Below, one piece after another: positions 37,599-47,243 of a stretch of DNA of 64,000 nt. The number at the start of each line of letters is the position of its first letter. Within the stretch, counting starts at the first letter, position 1. The translations under genes and the position numbers were made by a program. Where the stretch lies: IMG/VR virus record IMGVR_UViG_3300022744_000001, positions 66,022 to 130,021 of that record; one strand, 5' to 3'. A model generated the notes under the pieces. The model saw only the letters and a program-made list of their open reading frames with translations. It was not told where the DNA came from and did not search any database. Source of the DNA: a virus.

Positions 37599-38201
37599 AT
37601 GGACAGAAAATCGAAACGGAACCTGACCCTGTTCTTCACGTTCACCGCGGTGGTCGTCGGGCTCATCGCCTACGGCGTCATCACCCATACCGAGCCGGGT
37701 TTGCAGCAGGCTTGCGCTACGGGCCCGTCCAAGATCGCCAACTACGAGGGCACGTGCTTCGACGTGAAGTGGCCCAAGCTGCCCTTGACCGTGAACTCGT
37801 CCTACGGCTCCAAGACCGACGTCGAGGTTCTGGAGGGCACGGTCAAGCTCGTGAACCAGCGCCTGGGCATGAAGGCCCTCGAGATGACCACGGATGCGAC
37901 TCCCGACGTCCTCGTGATGTTCGGCCAGGCCCCGGACCCCAACGGCGTCATCAAGCACGAGGGCGGCACCACGACGCACTACTTCGGAGCCCTCAACCAA
38001 GCCAGGCACGCGGACGTTCGGGTCTACAACATGACGCTCGTCCAAGAGCTTGCCCCGGCGCTTTACCACGAGCTGGGTCACGTCCTGGGCCTTGCCCACG
38101 ACGACTACGGGGACAGCATCATGATGATCGGCTCAGGGGAGGGCGCGACCATCAGCGACTCGGACCGCAAGCTCCTGCGAAGCATTTACGCCGGGGACTG
38201 A
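37599..38201 (+). CDS. membrane-anchored metzincin-type zinc metallopeptidase (HExxHxxGxxH plus Met-turn)
   Basis: YHELGHVLGLAHDDYGDSIMM; N-terminal signal-anchor; alternative start 37554. Confidence 0.65.
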   Translation: MDRKSKRNLTLFFTFTAVVVGLIAYGVITHTEPGLQQACATGPSKIANYEGTCFDVKWPKLPLTVNSSYGSKTDVEVLEGTVKLVNQRLGMKALEMTTDATPDVLVMFGQAPDPNGVIKHEGGTTTHYFGALNQARHADVRVYNMTLVQELAPALYHELGHVLGLAHDDYGDSIMMIGSGEGATISDSDRKLLRSIYAGD

Positions 38202-38218
38202 CGGTGTATGCTCGGGGC

Positions 38219-38494
38219 ATGTACGACGTCTGCGCCCCGTTCGACATGGACTACGAAGTCAAAGACCTGACCGACAAGAAGCTCGAGGTGCAGCTTGCCC
38301 GGGTTCTCCTGGACAACAACCTGTTCGAGCGTGAGGGGCTCGAGCCCGTCAAAGATGGCCACCCCCAGGCCACCTTCGTCTGGTGCTTCGGCGCCGGGCC
38401 CTTCCTCCGTGCGAAGGTGTTTGCCTACGGGCACACCGTACGGGAAGCCCACGACAACTGGCGCCGCAAGGTGAGGGCCCAGGGAGGAGGGTGA
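38219..38494 (+). CDS. hypothetical protein (91 aa)
   Basis: M2 (GGTGTATG-N8-ATG). Confidence 0.5.
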   Translation: MYDVCAPFDMDYEVKDLTDKKLEVQLARVLLDNNLFEREGLEPVKDGHPQATFVWCFGAGPFLRAKVFAYGHTVREAHDNWRRKVRAQGGG

Positions 38495-38498
38495 CCCC

Positions 38499-38834
38499 TC
38501 ACTCCTCGTCCTTCCAAAGGACGGTACGCCGGATCAGCTCGACGATCTGCGAGGGGCGGATTTTGTCGAACCCCTCCGCCATGAAGTTCCGACGGTAGCC
38601 GTTGGGGCCATCGATCTCGATGATGAACTTGACCGCGAACTGGTTCATCAGCTCGACCTTGACCGACCCGTAGAGGTCATCGCACCCGCCCCGGCCCGTG
38701 AAGTCGAGGTAGAAGAACGAGATCGCCTTGACGACACGAACCTTGAAGGGGTCGGACTCCTTGACCAGGCCGACGACTTCCTTGAAGAATTCCTCGTACA
38801 GTGACTGCAACCGCTCCTCGAATGACCGTTCCAT
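38499..38834 (-). CDS. hypothetical protein (111 aa)
   Basis: M1 + AGGAGA RBS. Confidence 0.55.
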   Translation of the reverse strand: MERSFEERLQSLYEEFFKEVVGLVKESDPFKVRVVKAISFFYLDFTGRGGCDDLYGSVKVELMNQFAVKFIIEIDGPNGYRRNFMAEGFDKIRPSQIVELIRRTVLWKDEE

Positions 38835-38876
38835 GGCACGTTCTCCTAGCCCATGAACGCGCCAGGGGCCCGGAGT

Positions 38877-39092
38877 CTATACCGCCCCCTTCTTAACCAG
38901 GTCGTCGGTGACCTCATCGAGCATGGAAGCCAGGTCGCCGCGCCCCAGCCGTTCCAGCGTCGTGGCCAGGTCGTCCAGGACGCCCACGGCGCCCTTGTCC
39001 TGGAGGTCCCGGGCCCGCCGCTCCGGGGCCCGCTTCCGAGCTTTCTCGGCCGCGTGGCGGGCCCGCTTGGTATTCCTGGGGCTCTTGGGCAC
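38877..39092 (-). CDS. basic hypothetical protein (GTG start, TAGGAGGAAC RBS)
   Basis: strong RBS. Confidence 0.45.
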   Translation of the reverse strand: MPKSPRNTKRARHAAEKARKRAPERRARDLQDKGAVGVLDDLATTLERLGRGDLASMLDEVTDDLVKKGAV

Positions 39093-39099
39093 GTTCCTC

Positions 39100-39315
39100 C
39101 TAAAGCTTCACGAGGGAGCCGTCGCAAAGCTGGTGCATGTACGGCGTCCCGTCAATCCCGCTGAGGAAGTCCATGTTGAACGGGTGGCGGTAGTAGGATT
39201 TCCCGCACCGGTCGCAGAGGCAATCCCCGCTCGCGCGTCTCCATCGGTTTTGGACGTGCCCGTCATAGAACGGGTGCGGGGAGCCCTCAGCCAGGAAGTC
39301 GGGATCAGGCTCCAC
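39100..39315 (-). CDS. Cys/His-rich hypothetical protein
   Basis: GTG overlapping upstream stop. Confidence 0.35.
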   Translation of the reverse strand: MEPDPDFLAEGSPHPFYDGHVQNRWRRASGDCLCDRCGKSYYRHPFNMDFLSGIDGTPYMHQLCDGSLVKL

Positions 39316-39592
39316 GGTGGATACGAAGGACCATGAAGTCCCCCACCAGGGTGAAAGGCTCTTCGTCCTTGTCCTGGTAGGAGTAGACGACCCTGACCGA
39401 ACCCTCCTCACCCTTTTCGATGACGCGGCCGATGGACATGCACGCCTCCTCGGCTTCGGTGATCTCGACGAACTCGTCCCCGATGTTGAGGTTGCGGCTC
39501 AGCGCCCATTGGGCGGTCGTCTTGAACTCGCGGTCGCGGATTTGCCGGTTGTGCTTATCACAGAGGCTCTGCTGGATTTCTGTCTCGCTCAT
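39305..39592 (-). CDS. hypothetical protein (95 aa)
   Basis: M2. Confidence 0.5.
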   Translation of the reverse strand: MSETEIQQSLCDKHNRQIRDREFKTTAQWALSRNLNIGDEFVEITEAEEACMSIGRVIEKGEEGSVRVVYSYQDKDEEPFTLVGDFMVLRIHRGA

Positions 39593-39611
39593 GGGGAGAG
39601 CTACACCGGAA

Positions 39612-40127
39612 TCAGAGCTTGATCAGCTTGGCCGGGTCGGGCTGCCAATCCTCTGCCAAATCCGCATTCCCTTCGTCGGAGGCGGTGAGGTAGAGGTGCC
39701 CCTTCGGGATTTTCCTGGACGTGCGGATCTGGGCGTTCCAAATGGATCCTTGAATGCCCTGTTTCCACAGAGTGGCTTGAGACTCGACATCGAGCACGTC
39801 GCGGCCGAACTTGCGAACGTCCGCGTACTCGTAGGCGTTCATCCAGATGCGGATCACGCTGACATCACGCGCCTCAACGTCTGCGAAGAGGTCAGCCACG
39901 ATATCGGGGGTCAGGATGGTGCGGCCAATCTTGATCGCTGCTTCGCCGTGGGTTTGTGCTTCGCGGATGCACTCGAGAAACCGAGATAGGGCAGGGCCGC
40001 GGGGGAGTAGCTCCCGAATCCTGGAAGCGTATTCGTGGGTCAAGTCCTGGAAGGTGTGGAGTACCTTCTGCTGCTCCTCGGTGAGGGGTTCGGTTCGTCC
40101 GATGCCTTTGAGATCTGGTGCTGCCAT
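39612..40127 (-). CDS. hypothetical protein (171 aa)
   Basis: M2. Confidence 0.55.
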   Translation of the reverse strand: MAAPDLKGIGRTEPLTEEQQKVLHTFQDLTHEYASRIRELLPRGPALSRFLECIREAQTHGEAAIKIGRTILTPDIVADLFADVEARDVSVIRIWMNAYEYADVRKFGRDVLDVESQATLWKQGIQGSIWNAQIRTSRKIPKGHLYLTASDEGNADLAEDWQPDPAKLIKL

Positions 40128-40135
40128 TCCTGGCA

Positions 40136-40486
40136 CTACACCGGGACAACCGCAGGGGGCAGGTCGAAGACCACGCCGGGGCGCCGGTCTGCCTGGTTCG
40201 GCCACGCCTTGGGCTCGAGCATCTGGAACGTCCCTCGAGCAACGAGCGGGGAGACCTTCACGGAGCGGGTGCGTTTCCCAGTCTTGTCTGTGAAGAGCGA
40301 CGGCAAGGCGTAGGAAGGGACGACCCGGTTGCCTTTGGCGTCCTTCGTTTCGCCGTCGAACTCCTCGATGTAGTTCCGCATGAACTGCCGGAAATACGCC
40401 ATCTGCTCGGGGCGAATCCATAGAACCCGATCGGCAGAGACGTCGGGCGGAAAGAGCATGGAGAAAAGGCCCTCGATGATGTCCAT
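40136..40486 (-). CDS. hypothetical protein (116 aa)
   Basis: M2. Confidence 0.55.
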   Translation of the reverse strand: MDIIEGLFSMLFPPDVSADRVLWIRPEQMAYFRQFMRNYIEEFDGETKDAKGNRVVPSYALPSLFTDKTGKRTRSVKVSPLVARGTFQMLEPKAWPNQADRRPGVVFDLPPAVVPV

Positions 40487-40504
40487 GCCTTGGGGCTACA
40501 CCAG

Positions 40505-40867
40505 CTAGACCTTCTTGATTGCCGCCACCATGTCCGCCGTATCGATCTCGCCCTTCCAGTAGGCGAGGAGCGTGTCGTAATTCTTGGTCACGAACTTGAC
40601 CACCTCACGCTGGACGTTGGCTGGGAGCTTTCCCAGAACAACCGGGGGCTTTGCGATCCGCACCGTGACCGCGTCACCCAGCCCGTCGAGGTTGACCTTC
40701 TCCCCCAGGACGACTTTGACTCGAGGGCCGTGGGCCATTTCTGCCCCCGCGAACTCCCCCGCGGAAACCCAAATGACCGCCCCCTCCACACCGGTGGACT
40801 TGGTGCGAAGGTTCGACATGGCTTCCAGGGAAAAGCCCCGGGCCACACGTTCGATCATCGAGGCCAT
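40505..40867 (-). CDS. hypothetical protein (120 aa)
   Basis: ORF track; 5-bp inverted repeat upstream. Confidence 0.5.
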   Translation of the reverse strand: MASMIERVARGFSLEAMSNLRTKSTGVEGAVIWVSAGEFAGAEMAHGPRVKVVLGEKVNLDGLGDAVTVRIAKPPVVLGKLPANVQREVVKFVTKNYDTLLAYWKGEIDTADMVAAIKKV

Positions 40868-40889
40868 GACCCAAGCCTAGCACAGAAGG

Positions 40890-41108
40890 CTAGATGACTT
40901 CCACAGCACGTGTTTCGCGGTAGACCGGGATGAAGTAGGCCACGTGCTGCTCCGGCGTGCTCACCGTATGCGTCATCCGGGACCCGGCCTCCAGGTAGGT
41001 CTTGCCCTGGCACGTGATGACCTTGGGCATCGTGAGCCGTGGCCGGAGCACGACCCGGAAACGCTTGCCCTTGCGAGGCTGCAACTCGACCTCAATGCCC
41101 TTCGACAT
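40890..41108 (-). CDS. hypothetical protein (72 aa)
   Basis: internal ATG. Confidence 0.4.
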   Translation of the reverse strand: MSKGIEVELQPRKGKRFRVVLRPRLTMPKVITCQGKTYLEAGSRMTHTVSTPEQHVAYFIPVYRETRAVEVI

Positions 41109-41407
41109 CACTTCACCGTGGAGATCAGGTGGCGCCACTCCGCAACTACGCTGGTGAGGTCCAGCGGTGGGAGCGGCTCGTTTGCGATCGCCTTGTCCTG
41201 ATACACGAAGTGCTGCCCACAAGAGATGCAGCGATCCAGCCGTTGCAGCTCGAGCGTGTCCCGATGGCGCGTGACCCCCAGTGTCCCGGGGCGGCAACAC
41301 GGGCAGTCGGACCGGAACGGGCTGTCGCTCGAGCGCACCAGGTTCTCATGCCAGACCGGAATGGGCTCTTTACGGAAATTCGGGAGCAATTCGTCGAGGG
41401 TTGGCAT
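41108..41407 (-). CDS. Cys-rich hypothetical protein
   Basis: M2 within 11-bp perfect palindrome CATTTACACCG...CGGTGTAAATG. Confidence 0.5.
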   Translation of the reverse strand: MPTLDELLPNFRKEPIPVWHENLVRSSDSPFRSDCPCCRPGTLGVTRHRDTLELQRLDRCISCGQHFVYQDKAIANEPLPPLDLTSVVAEWRHLISTVK

Positions 41408-41439
41408 CCACGGCCATTTACACCGAACCCTCCCCGGTG

Positions 41440-41768
41440 TAAATGCCTCCTGTCGCAAGGTCCCGCCCCAAAGCCCTCCGAAGGCCCAAGGCCATGCCAA
41501 GCGGCTGCCAAACGGCCCTAACCCCTCGCCCGGGGTGGGGCCGTTTCTTTTCGTGCCCAATTAGAAACGAGGGCCCCGCAGTGGACCCTCGTTGTCCTGG
41601 TCATTCGGGGGGCGATACACCAAGGACGGGAGCAGTCCTAACCCGGAGTCGTTACAAAATCAATGGGAACGGCGCGAAGCGCCGGTTAACGCGACCCAAA
41701 AATCGTATTTTTCAGCTAGGCTGTATGCCTACATTTTCTCACGGACTCACACGGAATCGTAGAGAAAC
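41440..41768 (+). other. 330-bp non-coding region with plus-oriented M2 copy, GC hairpin + T-run terminator (~41500-41560) and lower-GC tail; candidate small RNA or origin-like region
   Basis: no credible ORF; structure seen in sequence. Confidence 0.35.
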
Positions 41769-42314
41769 TCAGAGTCCCGCCAACCTGCGCATCTGGTTGA
41801 GCTTGTCTTTCGTCATGCCCCGAGGAAGGAGATGCGTGAGACTGCGGTAGAATCGTTCCCATTCGTCGGCCAAACCCACTCGAGCCTCGGCCTCTTCTTT
41901 GGACGCCCAGAACTCGCCCGGGCTGCTGTACTCGCCGCCGTCCGCATGGAACGAGTCCACGGCGACCCGCTTCGCACGGTTGCCCATGTCCACCAGCTCG
42001 GCCCACTTGCGGCCGACCTTGCCGATAATCACGTAGCGGCCCTTGCGCTCCGTTCCGATATCGCTCGGGATAAACCAGAGCTTCATCCCCGACTCGTACT
42101 TGATGGGCATGCGGCCCTCGATGAGATACCAACCCTTGTCCCGGTAGGAGATGGCTCGCTCAACCGCCTCAGCATGTGTCATGCGGCACTCGCCCTTGCC
42201 GTCCTCCGACCAGTGCTCCATCACGATGCAGTCGTGACCCTGATAGAACCGAACCCCAGAGGCACCCTCCGTGGTGGTGTGATGAGTGCTGAGAATCACT
42301 GGCTCTTGAAACAT
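41769..42314 (-). CDS. hypothetical protein (181 aa)
   Basis: M1 + AGGGAG RBS. Confidence 0.55.
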   Translation of the reverse strand: MFQEPVILSTHHTTTEGASGVRFYQGHDCIVMEHWSEDGKGECRMTHAEAVERAISYRDKGWYLIEGRMPIKYESGMKLWFIPSDIGTERKGRYVIIGKVGRKWAELVDMGNRAKRVAVDSFHADGGEYSSPGEFWASKEEAEARVGLADEWERFYRSLTHLLPRGMTKDKLNQMRRLAGL

Positions 42315-42380
42315 GGCTTGCTCCCTTTGGAAAGAGTAACGCGCGAGGGACCGAGAATCTATACCGGTGTAGCTAGGGGC

Positions 42381-42683
42381 ATGAGCAATTACCATAGACT
42401 TCGCTGCTTTACCTGCGGCACAGAACACGACCAGTCGGGCAACTGGGCCATCAAACCGCTGCGAGCGGTCGTCGCCGCCGCACCGGTCATCCTCGATGCC
42501 CATGACAAACTGCTGAGAGTCAGTGAGGAAACGGGAGCTGACCTCGAGCTATCGGTTCGAACTTCTTGGAGTATTGAAGTCGTCCCCTTCCTGGTCAAAC
42601 ACCGAGACCATGACATTGGGGTTACGTGCGAACACGCCTGGTTCGACAATGCTGAAAATCCCCGGTGCAAATGCGAGCGATGA
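42381..42683 (+). CDS. hypothetical Cys-containing protein (100 aa)
   Basis: M2 (GGTGTAGC-N7-ATG). Confidence 0.5.
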   Translation: MSNYHRLRCFTCGTEHDQSGNWAIKPLRAVVAAAPVILDAHDKLLRVSEETGADLELSVRTSWSIEVVPFLVKHRDHDIGVTCEHAWFDNAENPRCKCER

Positions 42684-42701
42684 TGAGGTACGCTTTCGGG
42701 C

Positions 42702-42980
42702 ATGGCACAAGTGGTTGGATTTTTCGATAACAACGTGGAATACAAAGAGGGCCCCTTCGTGGTTTGCCTCAGCGCGATGGGGTCTTACCCTCGGGTCGAG
42801 GCGGAGAAGAAGGGGAGCCACTGCCCGGTCATCCCGGACCTGTCCGTGCTCGAGTACGCGGATGGGTTGCGGAAGCAGCCGGAGTTCAAGTCCTGCGAGG
42901 CTCGAGTGGACCACCTGAACCAGCTCGTGCGCGAGGGCAAGATTGTGCTTCGGGGCGACGTCTGGGTGCTGGCTCCATGA
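42702..42980 (+). CDS. hypothetical protein
   Basis: ORF track. Confidence 0.45.
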   Translation: MAQVVGFFDNNVEYKEGPFVVCLSAMGSYPRVEAEKKGSHCPVIPDLSVLEYADGLRKQPEFKSCEARVDHLNQLVREGKIVLRGDVWVLAP

Positions 42981-43252
42981 AGCTCATCAGCCTGCACAAG
43001 ATTGTCGGCTACGACTGGACCCTCGTGGTTGAAAACGCTGGAGCCCACTACGTGCTCACGTACCTCTTCGGGCAGGGCTGGACGGTACAAGCCTTCTCCA
43101 TCCCCGGCGCCACCTTGTGGCTGAGCCCCTCTCACCTCACGGCCTATTTTCGCCTGTGCTTGGCGATGGAGGTTGCCCGAGAGAAAGGGGTCAACGACTT
43201 CATCGCCCAGAACCAGGAGAGCGCCCACCTGACCATCCCATTTTGGACATGA
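42977..43252 (+). CDS. hypothetical protein
   Basis: ATGA overlap. Confidence 0.45.
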   Translation: MKLISLHKIVGYDWTLVVENAGAHYVLTYLFGQGWTVQAFSIPGATLWLSPSHLTAYFRLCLAMEVAREKGVNDFIAQNQESAHLTIPFWT

Positions 43253-43560
43253 CCATGAGCGAAGAACCCGACGTCAAGTTGATCAAGCACACGGGGGAGT
43301 GCGACCGCCCCGACGACCCGAGCTACCCTTGGAAGCTCGAGGCCAGCATGAGCCCGCCCCAGTTCATGACCGTGGCCTTCATTGGCATCCACGGGGGCTC
43401 CGAAGACATCGTAGCCCGAGGCAAGACCAAGGAAGCGCTCGAGGCGTGGTACAAGGAAAAGCTGGGCGACCACCCAAGGATGCGACGTGCGACCCTGACC
43501 GGCCCCGACGGGGTGACCATCGACCTCCGCGCCAAACCTACGAGTTCACCAGGTCAGTGA
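43249..43560 (+). CDS. hypothetical protein
   Basis: ATGA overlap. Confidence 0.45.
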   Translation: MTMSEEPDVKLIKHTGECDRPDDPSYPWKLEASMSPPQFMTVAFIGIHGGSEDIVARGKTKEALEAWYKEKLGDHPRMRRATLTGPDGVTIDLRAKPTSSPGQ

Positions 43561-43879
43561 GACTGGGACGCTCGAACGCCCGGTCCAAATCGTCCAGCCA
43601 CTTCATGAGCCAGCCCGCCGCACAGTGGAGAGGGCTCGTCCCCTGATAGAGCGTCCTGGGAGCCACCCAGCGCCCATCCTCGCCCCGAACCGGTGCTTCC
43701 CCCAGGAGAAGGCTGATCGCGTTCACCGCGTCCGCCTCGCTGAACGCAGGGCCCGGGGGAAGGGTCTTGAGCATCCCCACCGTCGTGTTGCAACGAGGGC
43801 AGATGACAGCTGTCCCGCGAAGCTGGAGGTCTTCATCGCACTGGGGGCACTGCCCCGCATCAATGAACGTTTGGTGCAT
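43538..43879 (-). CDS. zinc-ribbon protein (CPQCDEDL...CPRCNT)
   Basis: M2. Confidence 0.55.
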   Translation of the reverse strand: MHQTFIDAGQCPQCDEDLQLRGTAVICPRCNTTVGMLKTLPPGPAFSEADAVNAISLLLGEAPVRGEDGRWVAPRTLYQGTSPLHCAAGWLMKWLDDLDRAFERPSLTDLVNS

Positions 43880-43888
43880 GGCGGGAAG

Positions 43889-44236
43889 CTACACCGGGAA
43901 GGGCTTCGGGACCACCGGCTCGATGTGAACGCCGTCATACTCACGAACGTAACGGAACCGGTGCTTGTGCTCGTGGATGAACCTCCGCATGTAGACCCAG
44001 CAATCGTGCCACTCGTACTCCGCCGTCTTGGGGTTGTCGCGGTCGCGGTATTCGCGGAAGAGAAACGATAGGGTTTGGAATGCCCCGAGCGCTTCCCTCT
44101 GCTTCTCGAACTCGAAACACAGGGCGTCTTTCCAAAGGTCCCCTGGAGTGACGATAGGGCTACCCACGAAGATGCCGAGGCGAAACCGGGTCGCGTAGTT
44201 CGTTGGGACCATGTAGAGCGTCGCAGGGGTAGCCAT
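43889..44236 (-). CDS. hypothetical protein (115 aa)
   Basis: M2. Confidence 0.55.
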   Translation of the reverse strand: MATPATLYMVPTNYATRFRLGIFVGSPIVTPGDLWKDALCFEFEKQREALGAFQTLSFLFREYRDRDNPKTAEYEWHDCWVYMRRFIHEHKHRFRYVREYDGVHIEPVVPKPFPV

Positions 44237-44475
44237 GCCCCGAGTACACCGGTGCTATTCGGACACCGGGAGGGTTCGCCGACTCGCTCGAGCCCGGAGC
44301 CGCTTCCACTTCCTGCGGCCACGAGCCACATGCGTTGCGTTGCACCCAGCACCTGGGTTTGCACTCTCGTACCGAGGCCCATGCTCGGTACGCTTGGTGC
44401 CAGACCGTCGTGGGTTCGTCTTGTTACTCAAGGGCAGCTCCCTCCCAGCTCTGACACCACCGGTGTAGTCCCCAG

Positions 44476-44953
44476 CATGATTCGTAGAGTCACGGTTCGC
44501 AAAAAGCCCCACGAGGCATCCTCGCTCGCCAAGCTCCTTCTGCTCGACGTGACCGATGCCGCGCCCCTCTACGACATCACGCCGTTCGGAGCCTTCCGCA
44601 CCGACGACAAGGGCCGCCCCGAGTTCATGAAGGGCCGCCGATGCTACGTGGGCCTGAGCCCGATTCGAAGCGCCAAAGCCCTCGACACCATGCTGTCCCA
44701 GCTGATCTACCAAGCCGCAAGGTGGGTCCGCCGCTACACCAAAGCGAGTGACCCGGACGCGAACTTCAACACCTTTGCCGAGGTGAGCGCCAAATCGGGC
44801 CGGTACGAGGAGTACGAAATCTTCACGGAAGCCTTCCCCGAAGAGATCGGCAGGCTTGTGCACAGACCAGGATCGTGGCTCTATGGCGCGGTCATCTACG
44901 ACCCGTGGAGACTTTCCGTGGTGGAACACGGGAAGAGGGGAAAGAAATCATGA
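44476..44953 (+). CDS. hypothetical protein (159 aa)
   Basis: M2. Confidence 0.5.
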
Positions 44954-45513
44954 CCACACGAAGAGAGTTCCTCACCGCCCTGGCCGCTACGGCCGCCCTC
45001 CCGCTCCTGCCCGCCGCCGGAGAAGCCCAGCCTGCTACCCGTGTCCTCACACGGGTGGTTGCGTTCGGGGAAATCACGACGTGGGAACAGGGAACGCCTT
45101 GGCTTTTCATTGGCTCCGAGGGGGAGAACATCTGCGCGGCCACGGGGCCAACGCCCCTGTTCATCCCCGTGTTCAACATCGTGAGCGTGTCGAACAACAT
45201 CCCTCTCTCGCAAGAGAAGGTCTTGGCCGCCGCGGCTGACCGAGCCAGGGTCCTGGTCGAGCGCGGAAAAGAAGCCTTCCCCGGGAAAGACCTCACGCTC
45301 CGGGCCGTGGTCACCGACGTGCTTCGGCTCCAGAAAACCGCCATCTTGTTCTGGCCGGATCGCGAAGAGCGCATCGAGTCCCCACTCGACACAGTCGCGG
45401 TCAAGCTCGGCCTCGCCGTCGCCCCCTCAGCGAACAACGACTGGACGCAGAACGAGCCCGTCCGCTTCGCAGAGAACCCGGTGGTTCAGGCGATTCGAGC
45501 GGCCCTGGCCTGA
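44950..45513 (+). CDS. secreted protein with twin-arginine (Tat) signal peptide (TRREFLTALAATAALPLLPAAGEA)
   Basis: RREFL motif + hydrophobic core + AxA-like site; ATGA overlap. Confidence 0.55.
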   Translation: MTTRREFLTALAATAALPLLPAAGEAQPATRVLTRVVAFGEITTWEQGTPWLFIGSEGENICAATGPTPLFIPVFNIVSVSNNIPLSQEKVLAAAADRARVLVERGKEAFPGKDLTLRAVVTDVLRLQKTAILFWPDREERIESPLDTVAVKLGLAVAPSANNDWTQNEPVRFAENPVVQAIRAALA

Positions 45514-45538
45514 AACCACTTATGGTGTCAGAGGTGGC

Positions 45539-45829
45539 ATGGAAACGAAGATCGCTGACTGTACCGTGGTCGGATTCCGTGAAAGCCGAGACCTGCACTG
45601 GGAGTACGACGAGACACGTACCTACGTGAAACGTATTACGCCCGTCCCAGGGAGCGACAAAGCGTTCCTCTCCCTCATGCTCGGAGACCGTGTCGTCGAA
45701 GTCCAACTCAAGACCGAAGACATCGACCCCGTCCTCGACTGGCTCAACCAACAGCGGATGGCGAAGATGCCCCAAACACCGTCGCTCGGAAGCGAAGAGG
45801 CCGACCTCCTCGCCGCCCTCAAGGCGTGA
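45539..45829 (+). CDS. hypothetical protein (96 aa)
   Basis: AGAGGTGGC RBS. Confidence 0.5.
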   Translation: METKIADCTVVGFRESRDLHWEYDETRTYVKRITPVPGSDKAFLSLMLGDRVVEVQLKTEDIDPVLDWLNQQRMAKMPQTPSLGSEEADLLAALKA

Positions 45830-46334
45830 CCCCAAACCCCTGCTCGTAGACGAGCTGAAACCCGGTTGGGAACGCCGCCACCGAGACGGGACTCCAAAGG
45901 TAATGACGGCCGTCCACGTAGAGAAGCCGGTCCGCCTGGGGCATCTTCTCAAACCCCGCCTCGAGCATCGCCGCGTACTCGGGCGCATGCTGGACCTCGA
46001 TGATGTTCCCCTCCTTGACCAGGAAGGTCCCAAAAGGCTTCCCGTGGACACGGACAGGGTAACGACGCGTCCCCAGGTCCACCGCCCCTTCCAGAGTCGG
46101 CTGAGCCCGTTCGCCAGGGATAGAGACGCCACGGAACTCGTCGAGGCTGACCGCCACGGTGGGGTCCTGGGGCTCTCGGAAGACCAGCTCGATGTACGTC
46201 CCCGGCGAGACAAGCCCGCCCAGCTCGAATAGCTCCTGAGCCGCTACGGCTCGAGACGCCTCAGCGACTCGGAGCTGGTGCTTGACCCGAGCCACGAACT
46301 GGGCATTGCTCTCCATCATCCACGGCATGAACAT
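45819..46334 (-). CDS. hypothetical protein (171 aa)
   Basis: M2. Confidence 0.55.
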   Translation of the reverse strand: MFMPWMMESNAQFVARVKHQLRVAEASRAVAAQELFELGGLVSPGTYIELVFREPQDPTVAVSLDEFRGVSIPGERAQPTLEGAVDLGTRRYPVRVHGKPFGTFLVKEGNIIEVQHAPEYAAMLEAGFEKMPQADRLLYVDGRHYLWSPVSVAAFPTGFQLVYEQGFGVTP

Positions 46335-46342
46335 GAGCAGAG

Positions 46343-46696
46343 CTACACCGGGGAGACGCCGTCGAAGATCACCACGAGCTTGTAGTCCTGGTTCGAAGCA
46401 CGCCGTTCCACTTCGATGCTGGCCGCTCCAATCACCATCTTCCGCCGTCGCACCTCAGCGAGGAGCCGGTCCACGAGGAGCTTGACCTTGGACTCGACCT
46501 GCGCCTTGAACGCATCCCCGTAAGCCGCGGGCATCCGACCCGTCTCCATCTGCCGAACCTCCCGCCCGTTGAACCACGCCCAGTCGAGCACGGTGGCATT
46601 CCAAGGCCCAAGGACATGAGCGATACGGAACTCGGGGACGTCGAGCATAAGCCGAGCCAGGACCGTCCAAGCTTCAGTCTTGAGGTCGAACATCAT
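46343..46696 (-). CDS. hypothetical protein (117 aa)
   Basis: M2 located inside 3' end of upstream CDS. Confidence 0.55.
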   Translation of the reverse strand: MMFDLKTEAWTVLARLMLDVPEFRIAHVLGPWNATVLDWAWFNGREVRQMETGRMPAAYGDAFKAQVESKVKLLVDRLLAEVRRRKMVIGAASIEVERRASNQDYKLVVIFDGVSPV

Positions 46697-46890
46697 GCCC
46701 CCGAGCTACACCGGCGTACGAGGACAGCCCCACCACCGATGCCCAGGTGCACAGCCTGACCCTCCTCGAGCCCCTGTAGCTCGAGAACCTCACCCGGGTC
46801 GAGGTCCGGATTCTCCGCCAAGAAGTCCTCGAGCAGGACAGGGGTAGGGGAGCCGGTGAGGTCGGAGAGGTCGAGAAGGACCTGTGTCAC
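46693..46890 (-). CDS. small acidic protein (GTG start)
   Basis: GTGA stop-start overlap. Confidence 0.3.
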   Translation of the reverse strand: MTQVLLDLSDLTGSPTPVLLEDFLAENPDLDPGEVLELQGLEEGQAVHLGIGGGAVLVRRCSSGA

Positions 46891-47243
46891 GGCTTCCACC
46901 CCTTGGGAGCCTTCCACCCCGCGGCCAGGGCCGTCTTGGCCCACTCGGGCATCGGCCGGTCATGCTTCAACGCCGCACGGGCAAGGGTGAGAGCGGCTCG
47001 AACCTCCTTGTTCGTCTCCCAGTAGAAGCCGAACGAGTCCCGCTGGACACCGGGGAAATCCTTCACGGCTCGAGACGCCGCCCAGTGCTCCCACTCGTCA
47101 CGGTCCCACTTGGGGTTCGCTTCCCCCACGCCGTCGGTCACGTCCTGGCCCAAGTACCCGCCCAGGTCGTCATCCATCTGCCACTGGATGCGAAACTTGT
47201 ACCCGTCATCGTCAATGACCAATGTCGCTTTTTCCGTACTCAC
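46887..47243 (-). CDS. hypothetical protein (GTG start, GAGTGAGGAGAAG RBS)
   Basis: RBS + overlap. Confidence 0.5.
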   Translation of the reverse strand: MSTEKATLVIDDDGYKFRIQWQMDDDLGGYLGQDVTDGVGEANPKWDRDEWEHWAASRAVKDFPGVQRDSFGFYWETNKEVRAALTLARAALKHDRPMPEWAKTALAAGWKAPKGWKP

